A stretch of 63,996 bases of DNA, the filler included, from Thelocarpon superellum (Eukaryota): NCBI GenBank assembly GCA_026025795.1. It is 3 parts of 3 records of this genome, joined end to end, with 100 filler letters (N's around TTAATTAATTAA, not from the genome) between each part and the next. Parts side by side here need not be neighbours in the genome. Positions count along the whole stretch, not along the records: positions 45,260 to 63,996 come from JAPEUG010000356.1; 2 more parts are not named here. The stretch is one strand, 5' to 3'. The position numbers and the translations under genes were made by a program. This document shows positions 60,399-63,996 of this stretch, one piece after another; the first letter of the stretch is position 1, and each line of letters begins with the position of its first letter. Under the pieces are notes generated by a model. That model was not told the DNA's origin. It saw nothing but the letters and a program-made list of their open reading frames with translations, and made no database searches.

Positions 60399-62213
60399 AT
60401 GACCTTCCGACCAGGCCGTGGCAACCACTCGCAGGCCCAGCAACCTGCAATGAACTATGCCCAGTTCTTCCATCCCAGCGGCAGCCAGTCGCAGCAGTAT
60501 CGCCGTCCGGGCGACCCTGCCTGGCAACACACTGAGTATTTTCGGAACGGGACCTCGGCGACGTGGGGACCATTCGATCCTGAGCCCGTTGCGCCGGCTG
60601 GAGCCTTCCGTGAACAGCTCCAGGTCGTAGATCAGGCCCGGGTCGACATGAACATCGTTCGCCCTCACATAATACCACCGGCGAATCACGGCATCAACGG
60701 GCCATCCCACGGCCAAGGTGGGCCGGTGGCGTACGGGGATGGCCACCCGGCCCAGATCCTGCCATACATGTCATTAGGCCGGGCGGTAAGTGGTCGTGTC
60801 TCGTGTCCCGAGTGCGCCAGAGACGACTTCGCTGGCTGACGATGGCCCTTACCGCAGTCGTATCCGGACGGTCGCCATGTGTATGGGAGCCCACCTCATT
60901 TCGGCGGACCGGGCACGGTACCCATGCAACCGGTAATGGGTCCCGTCATGACCTCATACCCTGGCGCCTTTGCGGGGGGCGGCCAGCCACTGGTGGGGGG
61001 GAGTGCCGTAGCGGGCACCCCGTACGCCTCCGGTCCCGCCCGTGCTCCGCCCATGAGCACGGGCCCACGCATCGCCAGTGGTCTCTCTGAAGGAGCTGCT
61101 AGCATGCGTGGCGGCAAATCTCGCGTCCGGGGCGCGGGGGTGAGGACCAACGTCGCCGGGGACCGAAGCCAGCTGGGCTCGAGTCGTGCTCCCCAGGCTC
61201 ACGAGGACTCCGTGACGTTTCCGGCCATTGCGCGGAGCAATCCCCCGGCGGGGGTGAACCCGCTGACGATGAATCCGGTGGTGCAAGTGCCACCGATGGT
61301 AGCGGAAGCGCGACGCAACCCGTCTATCTCCACGACGCCATACGCCAAAGGGAAGGGGTCGGTGGGGTGGACGCCGCCACCCACCGCGGGCGGTGACCCC
61401 CGCATCTCCCCGTACTCCGCGGCGTACGTGCCATTCGCGTATGCGCCGACGCCGCCGCTGCCGTTCACGTACCCGTACCCGCCACCGCGACTTCGGCCCT
61501 CGTACACCCCCGTCAACCCCACGCCGTATGCCGACGATCCCGGACGCTCGGCCTGGACCGCGAATCCCGGCGCGCCACTTCGGATGTTGGGCCGAGCCCA
61601 GGCCTCGGCCTCCACGCCGCCGACCTTGTCTCCGCCCCAACTCTCCGGTCTCCGCCTGCGCGATATGGGCACCGCAGCCAGCAGCGGGTTCGACTTGCCG
61701 CCGCCCACGGGTCGTCGGTTCCAGTCGATGGAACGTGCTCGGCGCCCGGCTCCCATCAACACGGACATGAACGTTGCACCCAAGAGCCAGTCTCGGTTCC
61801 AGGCCCACTTCCCCGCTCGGGCCCAGGCGCCAGCCCAGAATCGTTCTCGCGGGTCATTCCCCGTCCCGTACCAGGGCCAGTCGCAAGTCCCCTTTCAGTT
61901 CCCCACCCCGCCCCAAGCCCAGCTCCAGCCTGAACGGAAGTCCGAGCCCCCGCCTCAGAGTCCCGATGTCCCGTCGGCGCCGGAACGCGCACGTCCCCGG
62001 TTCCCCAAGGACGCACCTCGATTCCTCAACGTCTTCGAGAGTTCCACTGAGGGCAGCCAAGAGGGAGAAGACGAGGAGAGCCAGGCTGGCCCTTCAACCA
62101 GACCGGGCAGCGTCCAGAGCAAGAAGAGCGTCCAGACAGACCCGGGCTTTGGGAGAACGCCAGGACGTGGCGGCAAGCCGGGTCGTTCGAGAGGTGCGAA
62201 CATGGAGAAGTGA
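60399..62213 (+). CDS. Pro/Gly/Ser-rich hypothetical protein of about 580 aa; intron 60786-60857
   Basis: A canonical GTAAGT...GCTGAC...CAG intron joins the 60399 ORF in frame to the 60879-62213 ORF; no recognisable domain. Confidence 0.55.
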
Positions 62214-63996
62214 GAACAAGGAGGTGGAAGACGCCAGTCTCGGTGGTAGGAGTGTGGGGGGAGTCGACAATGGTAGGAAGCCAGCTGCGTGATGCTGGGG
62301 AACGGGATGGCGCAGCCGATGATGCTTCTGATTTCATTCGGTCGAATCGAACTTCGATGGATGAGCTTGATTCGGAGGGACTCATTGGCCAGCTGGGGAT
62401 GGAAAATACCAAAGGAGGTCATACCTCTCTGCTTTCACGATGTGTCTACTTCAAACGGATGTCGAGGATCTTCTTGACCAAGAGATCTTGTTTGCTTTCC
62501 TTGCTTTGCCTCGACCAGCCTTTCATTCACAATTGCACCCTGTGATCCTCCCGTCGTCGACTGCAGAGAAAGCTCGCGTTCCTGCACAGGAGGCTGGGCC
62601 GTGGGCAGTCTCTATGATTGATAGAGGACGTTTCACTTTACCGAGCAGTACAAGTGGAGGGATCGCAGCGCGACGCCGATGGTGACAGAGAGTCGAGATG
62701 ACAACAGGAAGAGGCAAAGAGCGAGACGACAGCGGAGATTCCGAGGAAATGATAGAGTTGGTGAGTCAAGTGGGACGCAGCATGGGAAGCCTAGGTCATA
62801 TCCCTGGCACACTTCCTGGATCAATTGGCTCGGCGATAGATGGCATTGTCGATGACGAAGTTGCCATCACCCACAATATCATCACGACGAGTCACACATC
62901 ACAACTCACGGGTGAATCATCGCAAGCGAGGGCACGGAACAGGGAACAGGCAACTTGTCACATATGAGCATCATATGGGATTGGTACGTTAGATACGTGA
63001 GGTGTAAGGCGCAAGATCAGCATGGAAGTCCTCATAGGGACCGAAGTGTTCGCGGCGTCGGTGCCCTGAGAGGCGAGTCAGACCGATAGACATGTACACA
63101 AGAAGGGATATGTGTCGACCGGTGGCAGCCCGAACATTGACGTGTGTGGTTTATCAGATCTGTATCACCCTACCTGCCCTGGAGCCTCGACCTCATGGGT
63201 GAATTTGAGATGGTTCATACCCTATAAAGAATCTATGAGGTGGAAGAACATCATAGCTTACGATAACGTTTGATTAAGTCCGTTTAGATCCGCTTACATA
63301 ACGACACGCACGATTGTCCAGCCAATCATATTCCTCCCCCCGGGCCCCGTCCTCGCGTCAGGCGATCAACCAGATATCAAAGCCCCACCATCAACATCAG
63401 GCATCTGCTCGCAGAGGATGCGGTTCCGAAGCTCAATCAAGAATATCTCAACTTTTACCAGTACGTGAATGAATCTTTCTAGCAGCACGCCGGAGATCAA
63501 CGTGTTCCATCCATCCCTATCCCAAGTCTCTCTTTGCAGGAGAAGTTGGCCTGCTAAATGCATGCATGTGTCCATGCGTGGAATGAGCAGAATTCGCTGC
63601 ATCCTTGTCTTCCCTCGGAGGGGTGGCCTGGGTCCGCCTCGATAATGATCATGTCCGGTTCACCGTCATTCCGGAGAGGGGGACGCAGATGTGGGCGTAA
63701 GTTGATCCGGGTGGAATGAGAGATTGGGAAGATGTCTTCTAACGTCCATCATGCATCACGGTAGGGTGTTGTCGATAGTAAGGCCCATCAACACCATCCA
63801 TTGTAGAAGGAGGAGGAGAAGGAAGATGAGGAAGAAGATGATGAGGACGAGGAAGAGAGAAGAAGAAGGTGGACAAGAAAGCTAAAGAAGATGAACCCGC
63901 AGGACAGCATTTTTGAAACCTACACGATTCAATCGGCGGCGCCCAACAACACCATCAACCTCGAGCTGCCTATTGCGCCATTGCACCGAGCTCTCC

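Noticed and set aside
62214..63996. Short ORFs in the final 1.8 kb
   Set aside because: I could not build a coherent spliced model or recognise a motif; a degenerate or partial gene cannot be excluded.
1..63996. tRNA, rRNA or snRNA genes
   Set aside because: None recognised by eye; tRNAscan-SE/Infernal would be needed to exclude them.

Overview
GC-rich filamentous ascomycete (Pezizomycotina-like) genomic DNA with short spliceosomal introns, mostly about 45-75 nt. Two 100-nt N-spacers containing TTAATTAATTAA (22550-22649, 45160-45259) split it into three segments whose adjacency is unproven. It holds about 22 protein-coding genes, mostly housekeeping: CWC2, RBG2, SIS1, LTV1, LSG1, an acyl-CoA dehydrogenase, Spo12-like, ODC, an agmatinase-like ureohydrolase, taxilin, CYM1, CobW/COG0523, a BRCT protein, trifunctional TrpC, GYP7, a GAS2-domain protein, an S10 carboxypeptidase and a DUF2011-like protein. 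The most notable item is a polyamine locus: ODC has an AUG-free leader of about 550 nt carrying a non-AUG uORF ending Pro-Pro-stop, followed in tandem by a ureohydrolase with a signal peptide and C-terminal RDEL. Other highlights are a full-length, CpG-hypermutated PIF/Harbinger-type transposon with AAT TSD, a 643-bp TIR element with an apparent 6-bp TSD upstream of trpC, and a 951-aa secreted repeat/apple-domain adhesin-like protein. All calls are by eye; no database searches were run.
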